From NCBI GenBank assembly GCA_965140415.1, contig OZ223209.1, forward strand, positions 3,168,001-3,232,000: DNA of 64,000 nt. The letters are read 5' to 3'. This DNA is from Myxococcota bacterium. Lineage in GTDB: Bacteria; Myxococcota_A; SURF-8. The translations under genes and the position numbers were made by a program. Below the pieces are notes generated by a model. It had not been told where the DNA came from and did not search any database. It saw only the letters and a program-made list of their open reading frames with translations. This document shows positions 1 to 8,660 of the stretch, piece after piece. How positions within the stretch are numbered: position 1 is the stretch's first letter; each line of letters opens with the position of its first letter.

Positions 1-727
1 GGTCCAGGCAGACATAATTCTCATCTTTGCGGCAATCCGAATCGCTATTGCAATCGCGCAGGCAAATTCCAGAGGTTTCGTATCCTTCACCCATGAAAAG
101 ATAGAGACTAAAGCAGTTGCCACCGTAAAGGGTCGAACAGCTATCCGATGTCGATTCCGTATCGCATGGGAATAGCGTGCAATAGCCGTTTTTCACTTCG
201 GCCTGAACAAGGAAATTCTCCTGAAGGCTTTCTGTCGTCAGGCATTGATTGGTCTCGCATTCACCGTTGTAGCTGCAAGCACCTCCAAATTCCCCTGGAG
301 GAATCGTATCGTCTCCGTCGGTCGTGCCATCTCCGTCACTGCTGGATTCGTCGCAAAGGCAATAGGGGTACGTGCCCCCGGAAGGAATTCCGCAGCCATT
401 GCTTTGCAAGCCGTCGTCGTTGCAGATGTTGTCACAGTAATAGAATTTCCAAGTACCATCCACGCAGGCGCAGAGGTCATCGCTATTGGCGCATTTGGTC
501 GGTTCGCTCTGTTCATTGCATGAGCCGCTGCATAGCTCGGCATCGGAGTCTTTGATGCAGGTGCCGGAGGAGCAAACCAGCCCCTTTTCACAGACTCCCT
601 TGCTGGTGCAATCCTGCCCAAGCCCACCGATGTCGTCCAGGAATGCATCGCAGCCCACGAGCAACCCTAGCGCCACGATGGTCGACACGGCAAGATAGGA
701 AATGGTGTTATAGGTTTGGATGAACAT
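1..727 (-). CDS. Cys-rich lipoprotein with DGD linker (3' end runs off the window; absent from the ORF track)
   Basis: Hand translation from ATG 727: MFIQTYNTISYLAVSTIVALGLLVGC|DAFLDDIGGLGQDCTSKGVC...SSDGDGTTDGDD...CLRDCNSDSDCRKDENYVCLD, open to position 1. Lipobox LLVGC; GGAGG RBS lies in the end of the upstream gene. Confidence 0.85.
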   Translation of the reverse strand, partial: MFIQTYNTISYLAVSTIVALGLLVGCDAFLDDIGGLGQDCTSKGVCEKGLVCSSGTCIKDSDAELCSGSCNEQSEPTKCANSDDLCACVDGTWKFYYCDNICNDDGLQSNGCGIPSGGTYPYCLCDESSSDGDGTTDGDDTIPPGEFGGACSYNGECETNQCLTTESLQENFLVQAEVKNGYCTLFPCDTESTSDSCSTLYGGNCFSLYLFMGEGYETSGICLRDCNSDSDCRKDENYVCLD

Positions 728-729
728 CG

Positions 730-2019
730 TTACCACCTCCCCGTAAAGCTCAGCGCAACGCCTTTGCCATCCGGCATCGGTCCGACCGCCACGCCGTGGG
801 CGCGCTCCCACTCTTCGTCGCTGGGTTTGGTGAACCATAACACTGCCCCCGTGATCATCAGTGCGCCTCCCAGCGTATACCCGGCGATGGCCCCGCCCAT
901 CCAGCCGCGACTGGCGCTGCGGTAGTCTTCCAACTTGCTGGACGAAGAAGCGCTGTTGGCTTTGTCGCCCTGATCGGCGGCCTGCCAGGTGGCCACGCCA
1001 CCGAAAGCCGTAATTACGAGGCCGCTCCAGAAGGTGATCTGCGCCCAGCGTTTTTGCGGATTGGGCGGCACATACAGGTTCATCGAGATACGCAGTTCTT
1101 CGCGCACTCCGCTTTTCATCCGTACTTTTTGCGTTTGAATGTTATAGCCTTCCAGCTTCGCCGTGATGGAATGCTCACCCGGCGGCAGTGCCTTCTCAAG
1201 TGGAGCGACACCCGCAAAATTGCCGTCGATTTCGATTTGGACACCCTGTGGCTGTGACACGATGTGCAAGCTTCCCGGCTGTACCGGCAGCAGTTCCAGA
1301 TTCAATTTACTGCTGGCGCCGCTTTGGATCGTTACCTTGCCTTCACCGTTCAGATAACCCTTTAACGTCGCCGTTACCGCGTGTTCGCCCACGGGCAGAT
1401 CTCCCGAGTATGGAGAAACTCCCAATGTGCGGCCATTGATCGCAATCGACGCCCCCGGCGGATTGGTCGTGACGATCACCGTTCCCGGCGGCGAAGCGCT
1501 TTCTGGTGCGTTGCCAACAACCGCCCCGGCTTCCATCGGCTCTGCGCCATACAAATCGGCAACGGCGGCGGGCAACGCCCGGATCAGATCGTCTATCGAG
1601 CCTTCGATATTTCTGGAACTGCGCTTGATGACTTCTGCTTCCCGAACGTTGATGCGGCGCAGGTTCAGCATCCAGAACGAGCCGAGTTTGCCAAGCTCAC
1701 CGGATATCGCCTCGGGAACCCCCAACGCATTTCCGATTTCGGCAATGCAGGAGGTGTCGTTCACACCGCATTTCTGCCGGGTCTCCTCGCCTTTTAAAAT
1801 GGTCTTGATATCGCCTTCGGAAATGACCTTGCCTTCCGAATGAAGTTCCACCTGCGAGGCGATGAAACCGGAGATGATGTCGATATCCTTGTCATCCACG
1901 CCCTCATTCGGAACCAGACGCCAGACGACGACGCCCTTTGTCCCTGCGGCCTGCGCCGGCAAAGACAGGCAGAGCAAGATCGACACAAACAACAGAGTGA
2001 TAACCTTATTCGCCACCAC
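730..2019 (-). CDS. Exported PEGA-domain protein (N-terminal alpha/beta domain, two PEGA repeats, Gly-rich hydrophobic helices, aromatic C-terminus)
   Basis: Signal peptide (..PAQA); two repeats 'V.T.P.GA.I.I.G...G.sP....Lp.GEH.(V/I)TA.L.GY'; C-terminus ..GVALSFTGRW. Confidence 0.8.
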   Translation of the reverse strand: MVANKVITLLFVSILLCLSLPAQAAGTKGVVVWRLVPNEGVDDKDIDIISGFIASQVELHSEGKVISEGDIKTILKGEETRQKCGVNDTSCIAEIGNALGVPEAISGELGKLGSFWMLNLRRINVREAEVIKRSSRNIEGSIDDLIRALPAAVADLYGAEPMEAGAVVGNAPESASPPGTVIVTTNPPGASIAINGRTLGVSPYSGDLPVGEHAVTATLKGYLNGEGKVTIQSGASSKLNLELLPVQPGSLHIVSQPQGVQIEIDGNFAGVAPLEKALPPGEHSITAKLEGYNIQTQKVRMKSGVREELRISMNLYVPPNPQKRWAQITFWSGLVITAFGGVATWQAADQGDKANSASSSSKLEDYRSASRGWMGGAIAGYTLGGALMITGAVLWFTKPSDEEWERAHGVAVGPMPDGKGVALSFTGRW

Positions 2020-2193
2020 GTTTCCTCCCGCAATAATCGGCTTAATCTGTTGGTTTCGTTTTTCCCTTTTCGTGCTTGATTTCTAGCATGAATACGAAAG
2101 CTTGTCCAGTAGAGAGAAAAGAGAGGGTGATGTTAAAACGGTAAAGACGGAATGGTCTTGGAAAAACATGAAAATTGAAAGCATAGTAGCATA

Positions 2194-2218
2194 GCAGGTC
2201 GGGTCAGATGACCCGACC
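2194..2218. repeat. REP-like palindrome (GCAG + GTCGGGTCA-GA-TGACCCGAC)
   Basis: Perfect inverted repeat preceded by GCAG; related in sequence to the copy at 3521. Confidence 0.55.
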
Positions 2219-2242
2219 GCGACTGATCCCGATTCAAGAGAG

Positions 2243-2393
2243 CATGGTCAATTTAGAGCAGGTGGTAAAGCGAGGAGGTGGAATTGAATCTTTTGAAATC
2301 GATTGCACATCCGCTTCCAGAAGGGAGCAATATGCAAGTGGCGTTAGTTACGATCTTGGGTTCCGCTTGGTTCGGACATTGCCAGCGAAGTAG
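2243..2393 (+). pseudogene. C-terminal relic of an FGE-sulfatase (SUMF1-like) domain gene
   Basis: VVKRGGG...CTSASR.......DLGFRLVRT matches the family's terminal RGGs...r.a.R.....GFRxxR pattern; the rest of the domain is absent. Confidence 0.55.
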
Positions 2394-2408
2394 GCAGATG
2401 CAATTCCC

Positions 2409-2861
2409 TTATTCGCTCGTTTCATTTTTCCGAGTACTTACATACCACCTATAGACAGCAACAGTTAGTCTTAGAAAATAGAAGAATATTGTCACAAAAA
2501 CAGCTATCAAACAAAAGACATCAATAAGCCAATTATAAGTCCACGGGGCTAATGCAATTAAAAACACAGAGAGATACAATCCCGTATGTATTATTATTGG
2601 TATGGCAGCTATGTAATACACTAAAGACCATGTATTGGATAATAGAGTTAAAGCTAGAATGGGGTATGGAAGAAATATAAATGAATACCCTAATATAGTT
2701 TCTCTTATAGATTCTAATTCATGTATAGTGTTACTTGAAGGTGTAATTATACCCAACACAACTAAAATCCTGGAGATGTAGTCAAGAATCAAGAGAGATG
2801 AGGCCCACAATGCGGTGTTTTTAACAAAATAATTAAGTTTTCCTGAAACATTTATCGACAA
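2409..2861 (-). CDS. Small multi-pass membrane protein, probable Rhs immunity protein
   Basis: Very AT-rich, about 4 hydrophobic segments, directly downstream of the Rhs tip; GGGGAG RBS before a TTG start. Confidence 0.6.
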   Translation of the reverse strand: MSINVSGKLNYFVKNTALWASSLLILDYISRILVVLGIITPSSNTIHELESIRETILGYSFIFLPYPILALTLLSNTWSLVYYIAAIPIIIHTGLYLSVFLIALAPWTYNWLIDVFCLIAVFVTIFFYFLRLTVAVYRWYVSTRKNETSE

Positions 2862-2896
2862 GTCACATCTCCCCGGGACTTATTAACCATTAAATA

Positions 2897-3523
2897 TCAA
2901 TCAAGCCAGGAATCAATTTCCAAGAACATATTTTCAAATATGGATGCAGAACACTCGATAGCACAATTACCAAGATTCTTTTTTCCTTCTTGGATACTTC
3001 TGGTATCCCCTTCTGTGCTCTCTGGACTGCATTCTAATCCATTCTCATATCCGTGTTCTTCCATGCAATCTTCTAAACATTTAAAAGACCCAGCAAGTCC
3101 TGCATAGCCAAGGATTGAAAGAGCTGTTCCTATTGCAAAAACCAATGGATGAACAACTTTCCCCTCTGGATCGATCCGGTTCACCGGATCATTTCCAACA
3201 TAGACATAGAGATTGATCTGCCCACCATCGAAGTGGATCGGATCTTTTGCTGTCCAGCGACCGATGTAAGGATCATAATCCCGTGCACCAAAGCGAACGA
3301 ACCCAGAATCCGAATCATACAAACCACCTGCAAACCCGAAAGGTTGGAACCCTGGGTTGCTGTCTTCAAGCACATGCCCAAACGCTGTGTACTTGATTTT
3401 TTGTTCTATTATTCCAGTAGACATATTCACCACCATGCGAACGCTACCCACCTGATCGGTAAGGAACTTATAGGTGATGTTATCACGAATCATGTAATCG
3501 GGCACGTGCCTTTTAGCACTGTA
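2897..3523 (-). pseudogene. Orphan (5'-truncated) Rhs core plus C-terminal toxin tip
   Basis: TDQVGSVR, YTAFG, PFGFAGGLYD, FGARDYDP..GRW...DP, NLYVYV.NDPVN..DPEG motifs, then an ~87-aa variable tip; the YD-repeat body is absent. Confidence 0.85.
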
Positions 3524-3547
3524 GGTCGGTCAGATTTTCTGACCGAC
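3521..3547. repeat. GTAG-type REP palindrome (GTAG + GTCGGTCAGA-TTT-TCTGACCGAC)
   Basis: GTAG tetranucleotide directly followed by a perfect 10-bp stem with a 3-nt loop. Confidence 0.65.
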
Positions 3548-3777
3548 AAATCTCAATATTGGGTGACAATTACCGACCTTGTCTGCCTTTACATCAACCC
3601 CTCCAAGCCCTTCTCTTCACCCTTTTCCCCCTTCCAACCGTAAAAGCCGCTTACACGCAGTAAAAAATATTCAAAATCGGCGCAGCAAATGCGCAAATAA
3701 GCAACCGGGCCAATGTTGAGCTACATTGTATACAACATGCCGAAGTTTTACTGGTCATCTACGGTCGCGCAGTGCGC

Positions 3778-3821
3778 TTTAGTGTTGTTTTAGTGTCGTT
3801 CTAGTGCGGATTTAGTACGTC
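3778..3821. repeat. Four degenerate 11-bp direct repeats (TTTAGTGTTGT/TTTAGTGTCGT/TCTAGTGCGGA/TTTAGTACGTC)
   Basis: Read directly from the sequence; intergenic. Confidence 0.6.
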
Positions 3822-3920
3822 TGCCGCCGCGTCGTGTCACGATTCGCGAAAATATGGGTCGGTGAATCACTTTTGAAAGAGCGTAAGCCGCGTGAGCGAA
3901 CCTCAAAAACGAGGAGATTT

Positions 3921-5564
3921 CTAGTCCGATTCTTCGGAGGATTCCGGTAGCCAGAAGAACTCCCCAATTCGCTTTAAAAGCAGATCCAAATTCTTTCCCG
4001 TTTCAGCGGAAACGACCAGTGGACCATCCGGCTCGTAATCGATTTCGAAACCGATCTGCTCCAGGCGATCCATCTTGTTGAAGATCAACAGGCGCGGAAG
4101 TTTATGAAATTCCAGTTGTTCCAGAATCGTATCCACCGATTCAATATGAGATTCGTGATCGGGATCGCTGATATCGACGAGATGCAACAACAAGTCCGCC
4201 TGTTCCACTTCTTCCAGCGTCGCGCGAAATGCCGACATCAGCTCTTTGGGCAAATCCCGAATAAATCCAACGGTATCCGTTACAACCAGCTCCCGTCCTT
4301 CGCCCAGCACGATGCGCCGACTGGTGGGGTCCAGCGTGGCGAACATGCGATCCTCTGCAAAAATCTTACTGGCAGTCAGTTTGTTGATGAGCGTGGATTT
4401 TCCCGAATTTGTATAACCGACAATCGCAACTACCGGGACGCCGCGCTGGCTGCGCCGTCCGCGACGAAGTTCGCGCTGTCGCCCTAACTCATCGATATAA
4501 CGTTCTAATTTCGTAATACGATCCCGAATGCGGCGTTTATGGATTTCCATTTTGGTTTCGCCCGGACCCAGCGCACCGATGCCGCCGGTGATGCGCGAAA
4601 GTCCCTCGGAACGACGGCTGATGCGTGGCAACTCATAGCGCAAGGAGGCAAGTTCAACTTGCAAACGACCAGCCCGGCTTTGTGCGCGTTGTCCGAAAAG
4701 CGCCAGAATCAACTGATTTCGATCCAGAACTTCAACTTCCGTTTCTCTTGCAAGCGTTCGAGTCTGGGCGGGTGTCAATTCGCAGTCGAAAATGATCATT
4801 TCCGCGCCTAGTTGCATGCTGTCCAAAACCAATTCGTGAAGTTTGCCTTTTCCAATCAAATAGCGCGGATCGAGCTTGAAACGGCTTTGCAAGTACGAAT
4901 TCGCCACTACTAATCCAGCGCTTCTGGCAAGCTCTGCGAGTTCATCCATCGTGGCATCGGTCGAACCGCCGGCTTTCGTGCGAACGCCGACCAGTAAGAC
5001 GCGATCCTGTTTTCCGGTGGCCTCCCCTACTCCCGCGCGTTTTTGGAACTCGTTCTCTATCTCCCGAATATCCCTAAGGAAATCGAACGCGACAGCCTGG
5101 ACGTTATGAGCTCTGGCAACCCGGTGACGCTCCCCGGAGGGGCTGAAAGGCAGTAAATGCGCGTACATCACCGAACCGGGCATGCCTTCCTCGACATCGA
5201 GAGAAAGAATCATGTCCAATCGCAAGTTTGCCAGATCCGATAAATCTTCAGAAGAAAGCGGTTCACCTTTCAAATGAGTATGCAGCAGGCGAAAGCCGTT
5301 AAAACGCCCTAAACCGGCCTTCAGACGTCTTAAATGCGGCAAGGTGAGTTCGTGGTCGTTTCCAACGATCACAGAGACGACATGCCCCTTGCGATCGATC
5401 AGAACGCCGACCTGGCGCTTGATTTCCCAAGAAACTTCAGCAAGATGGCGAGCAAGCTCTGAACTCGCCACCTGATGCTCGGGCACTCTGCGTCGATACG
5501 TTCGTTCCAGCGCTTTTAGCTGGCTGGTTTTAAGCCCTTTAAGATTTCCAAGCGGCTGTGCGAT
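3921..5564 (-). CDS. hflX: Ribosome-associated GTPase HflX, long form; probable ATC start at 5564
   Basis: G1 GYTNSGKST, G2 FATLDPT, G3 DTVG, G4 NKMD, and GPGETKME. An in-frame 26-codon extension upstream of the track start reads IAQPLGNLKGLKTSQLKALERTYRRR, with a GGTGAGG RBS. Confidence 0.95.
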   Translation of the reverse strand: MAQPLGNLKGLKTSQLKALERTYRRRVPEHQVASSELARHLAEVSWEIKRQVGVLIDRKGHVVSVIVGNDHELTLPHLRRLKAGLGRFNGFRLLHTHLKGEPLSSEDLSDLANLRLDMILSLDVEEGMPGSVMYAHLLPFSPSGERHRVARAHNVQAVAFDFLRDIREIENEFQKRAGVGEATGKQDRVLLVGVRTKAGGSTDATMDELAELARSAGLVVANSYLQSRFKLDPRYLIGKGKLHELVLDSMQLGAEMIIFDCELTPAQTRTLARETEVEVLDRNQLILALFGQRAQSRAGRLQVELASLRYELPRISRRSEGLSRITGGIGALGPGETKMEIHKRRIRDRITKLERYIDELGRQRELRRGRRSQRGVPVVAIVGYTNSGKSTLINKLTASKIFAEDRMFATLDPTSRRIVLGEGRELVVTDTVGFIRDLPKELMSAFRATLEEVEQADLLLHLVDISDPDHESHIESVDTILEQLEFHKLPRLLIFNKMDRLEQIGFEIDYEPDGPLVVSAETGKNLDLLLKRIGEFFWLPESSEESD

Positions 5565-5586
5565 AGTCGAACCTCACCGCAAAGGA

Positions 5587-6999
5587 TCAATCGATTTGAG
5601 CCGGAGTGCAGGGCTCCGGGTCAGGATAGCCAAGCAATTCTTCTAAAGAGAAGCATTCGTAAGGCTGCGCGGGAATCGGCACCAAGCCAGCCGCGACCCA
5701 GAACAACAATTTCTCGGGATCGAAAAGCACCAGATGCATGGGTCCATTTGTAGCCAGCCCGGCGTCATTGTCGATATTTTCTTCGTCCCAGGGAGCCTCA
5801 ACGCCGGTACGCGGATTCACGCGGTCGCGCATTACGGTTTTCAAGCCGTTCAAATCCAACTGACCGTAAAGCGAATCCTGGCCATCCGGTTCGATCAACT
5901 GCTCCAGCCGTTCCCAGCGCAATAGGCTCGAATCGCCTTTATCGACATCCTGCACGGCGTCGTAGTCTTTCATTTCGTCGGAAACGAAATGGTTGGTCGC
6001 ATAGACGATACCTTTATCCAGTTCACGAACGTGCATGTGTTTGGCCGTCATTTCGAAAACGGCGCCCTGCTTGTTATTGCCATCGGCAACAACGATCATT
6101 TCCGCCGACATTCCCGGCTCGCCTTCCAGGAAATCACGCGCTTCCTGAAGGCTGGTAGCGCTTTTGAGCAGCTTGGCCAGCATCTGCACGTGGCTTCTGC
6201 CAGTCAGGGACAATTCTTCCTCGCTTAACGGATCTGCCTCGTTGGAGCAGATACTCAAACCGGCGACATTCATGCCGGTATAAGGACTGAGATTCAGCGG
6301 GAACCCGACGAAAACATGCGGGATGGCATCTTTTGGCTGGCGCACGAAAATCACGGGATGCGAGTGGATGATATCGATATCCATGCTGCCCCAGTCCAGA
6401 TTTCGCGCATGATACAAACGACCATCCGGGGTAGCGTCGCCGGTGGCGATGACTTCCGAGCATCCCGGCCCTTCCATTTTCTTACGCGCTTCCGGTTTTC
6501 CGTTGTAGATGAATTCAAGGATTACATCGCCGAAATTCAAAGTCAGGCAGAGTTCCATGTTGAAACCGGTGCCCTCGGTGGCATCGACCAGGCCCTGGCA
6601 TTCATCCAGCATGTCCTGATAGGAGTTCTCCAGCGCGATGTCGATCAAGCCCATGCCGGTGGCCAACTCAGGAATGCTTTTCAACACCGGATCGTTGTTA
6701 ACGAATTCCATGGCTTCGGCCACGATGTCGTAGAGCATTTCGCCATGTTGATAGCCCATTTCGTAGGGAGTGCCGGAAAGCCACATAATCGTATAGCGGC
6801 CACGTTCTTCCAGATGCGGCGGGATCGTGCCGTCGCCTTCGGCGTCCAGTTCCGTGTCCATATCGCCATCGATATCGCCGTCGGTATCGCCGTCTACGAT
6901 ATCTTCTTCATCATCGCCACAAGCCACAAGCAACATCATCGACATCGCAAGCAGCAGCACCAAACACCACGAGAATTCCTTCTTTAGCATTCGCATCAT
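5587..6999 (-). CDS. C45-family (Ntn-hydrolase, autoproteolytic) peptidase/acyltransferase lipoprotein
   Basis: LSGTPYEMGYQHG, G|CS nucleophile site, HARNLDW, GMNVAGL, ATNHF; lipobox LLVAC followed by a DGD tract; start moved to ATG 6999. Confidence 0.85.
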   Translation of the reverse strand: MMRMLKKEFSWCLVLLLAMSMMLLVACGDDEEDIVDGDTDGDIDGDMDTELDAEGDGTIPPHLEERGRYTIMWLSGTPYEMGYQHGEMLYDIVAEAMEFVNNDPVLKSIPELATGMGLIDIALENSYQDMLDECQGLVDATEGTGFNMELCLTLNFGDVILEFIYNGKPEARKKMEGPGCSEVIATGDATPDGRLYHARNLDWGSMDIDIIHSHPVIFVRQPKDAIPHVFVGFPLNLSPYTGMNVAGLSICSNEADPLSEEELSLTGRSHVQMLAKLLKSATSLQEARDFLEGEPGMSAEMIVVADGNNKQGAVFEMTAKHMHVRELDKGIVYATNHFVSDEMKDYDAVQDVDKGDSSLLRWERLEQLIEPDGQDSLYGQLDLNGLKTVMRDRVNPRTGVEAPWDEENIDNDAGLATNGPMHLVLFDPEKLLFWVAAGLVPIPAQPYECFSLEELLGYPDPEPCTPAQID

Positions 7000-7106
7000 A
7001 GATCGTCCTTCGAGCCAGGGTTGTATATCGTCATAGACTCCAGCAGAGATCGAGATTATTGAGGAAAGCGCGACAACAGTCAAGACTTTGCGTCCTGTAA
7101 ATCGCC

Positions 7107-8411
7107 TCACTCGGCCAATATCGGCTGTAATCCCAAAACACCATAGTGTTTTAAATAGGTTTTTGAAACCCCAGGGCACATCTTTTTCAGTGAACACGGG
7201 CTGCAACAATCTGCAAAACTCATCTCCCGATTCATCGGAGTGTCAACCAGAATCATGTTCGATACCGATTCTTTTTCTTTTCCCTGCCAAACCGAGTTAG
7301 CCAGGTAAACATCTTTTCGCTGGTTCGTATGCGATCGCAATCCCTGCAAAATGCAGACAGGCAAATTCCCGACGTGCAGAGGATCGGCATTGTCCGACAA
7401 CCTGAATTCAAAAGGCAGTAAGGCATGAGCGACGCATTCGTAATCGGGAACGACGCGTTCAAAGTTTTCCTTGGCGCCGCCGATGATCCAGGGATAATCC
7501 AGCGCGATGCGAAATACCTCAAAGCGATCCAGCATGTCGATAATTTCCGGCAAGGTCGCCAGATTCTGCTTAGCCAGAATCGTAGTCGTGAACATGTGCC
7601 TGCCGGTAAGTTCTTGCTGGCTGCGATCCCCAAACAACGCCCGCATGTTAGCCAGAGCGGCACGTTTCTTTTCGAATAAATCCGCAGTTTGTGTAAGAGA
7701 GGCTTCCGTCTTTTTATCAGCAGCGTGGATGCTCAATCCGATTCCGGTCAATCCGCGATCCAGCAGATTTTGCAGATAGGCTTTATCTGAGATTATAACG
7801 CCATTTGTTTTTAAGAGAATGGACTTGAATTCCATTTCATGGGCGATTGTAACCAATTCCGGCAGATCCGGGTGCAGCGTCGGTTCCTGGCCGGTCAAGG
7901 TAAGCGCGTCATACCCTTCCCGTTTGGCCTTTTTCAGCGTTTGAGTCAGTTCGGCTAGCGTCAATTTCGGATACGATTCATCCCGGCAGCGGTCGGTGCA
8001 GAAAAGACAGGCGGACACGCAGGAAAACCCGACGATCAGATCGAGTCGTTTTCTGCCAACGATGGAGATGTATTCTTCATCCACGCGGTCGAACAAGGCG
8101 TCCAATTCCAAATCGGATAATGTCTGGGTGTTCTTTTCCACAATCATGGCGACTGCCTGTGCCAGTCGTTCGATTTCGGGGGTGGCGTTGCCTTCGATAT
8201 TCATCGCCAATCCCAACCGTCCCGCCTTTACGAAGGCTTTTTCCGAAAGTTTTGCCGAAAAGAGAACCAGACAGAAACTTTGTAGATTTTTGATGTCTCT
8301 AAAATCGAGTTCAACGCGAGAGGTTCCGCGCACCGCATCCAGAACGAACGTTCCCGCAAACGGCTTTTTGGGCCGGATAGGAGCAAGATAAGAAAGGAAG
8401 GGGTGCGGCAT
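7107..8411 (-). CDS. Radical SAM protein with C-terminal CxxC-x5-C motif (HxsC-like)
   Basis: CVSACLFC (CxxxCxxC), TGQEPTLH, TNG, SIH; C-terminal CSPCSLKKMCPGV..YL..YG...L.P. Confidence 0.8.
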   Translation of the reverse strand: MPHPFLSYLAPIRPKKPFAGTFVLDAVRGTSRVELDFRDIKNLQSFCLVLFSAKLSEKAFVKAGRLGLAMNIEGNATPEIERLAQAVAMIVEKNTQTLSDLELDALFDRVDEEYISIVGRKRLDLIVGFSCVSACLFCTDRCRDESYPKLTLAELTQTLKKAKREGYDALTLTGQEPTLHPDLPELVTIAHEMEFKSILLKTNGVIISDKAYLQNLLDRGLTGIGLSIHAADKKTEASLTQTADLFEKKRAALANMRALFGDRSQQELTGRHMFTTTILAKQNLATLPEIIDMLDRFEVFRIALDYPWIIGGAKENFERVVPDYECVAHALLPFEFRLSDNADPLHVGNLPVCILQGLRSHTNQRKDVYLANSVWQGKEKESVSNMILVDTPMNREMSFADCCSPCSLKKMCPGVSKTYLKHYGVLGLQPILAE

Positions 8412-8660
8412 GTAACATCCAGATTACAATCGTTAAATGATTCTAAATAATTAGGGGATTTTGCCTGCTTTGTCAATGAACGAATCCAGCTAAACGAGAG
8501 TTGGAGAAACAGGTTTCAAGTCCCAAAAACTGGGGAGCAAAGCGGAAAGGCGGAAATCCACAAGACCCACCATCAAGGAAGGGTTTCCCTTCCACCTTCC
8601 GTCACCTGCCACGCATCATCTGTGGCTTGTAATAATATTTAGCCACAGATTCTGTGGTTT

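Noticed and set aside
2243-2393. DGR template repeat
   Set aside because: Not rich in AAC/AAT codons; no matching variable repeat or reverse transcriptase in the window.
7000-7209. Track's N-terminal extension of the C45 gene
   Set aside because: Overlaps the radical SAM gene; the lipoprotein signal and RBS fit ATG 6999.
8530-8575. yybP-ykoY-like GGGGAG...CAAGACC segment
   Set aside because: Too short, lacks the other helices, and has no downstream gene on that strand.
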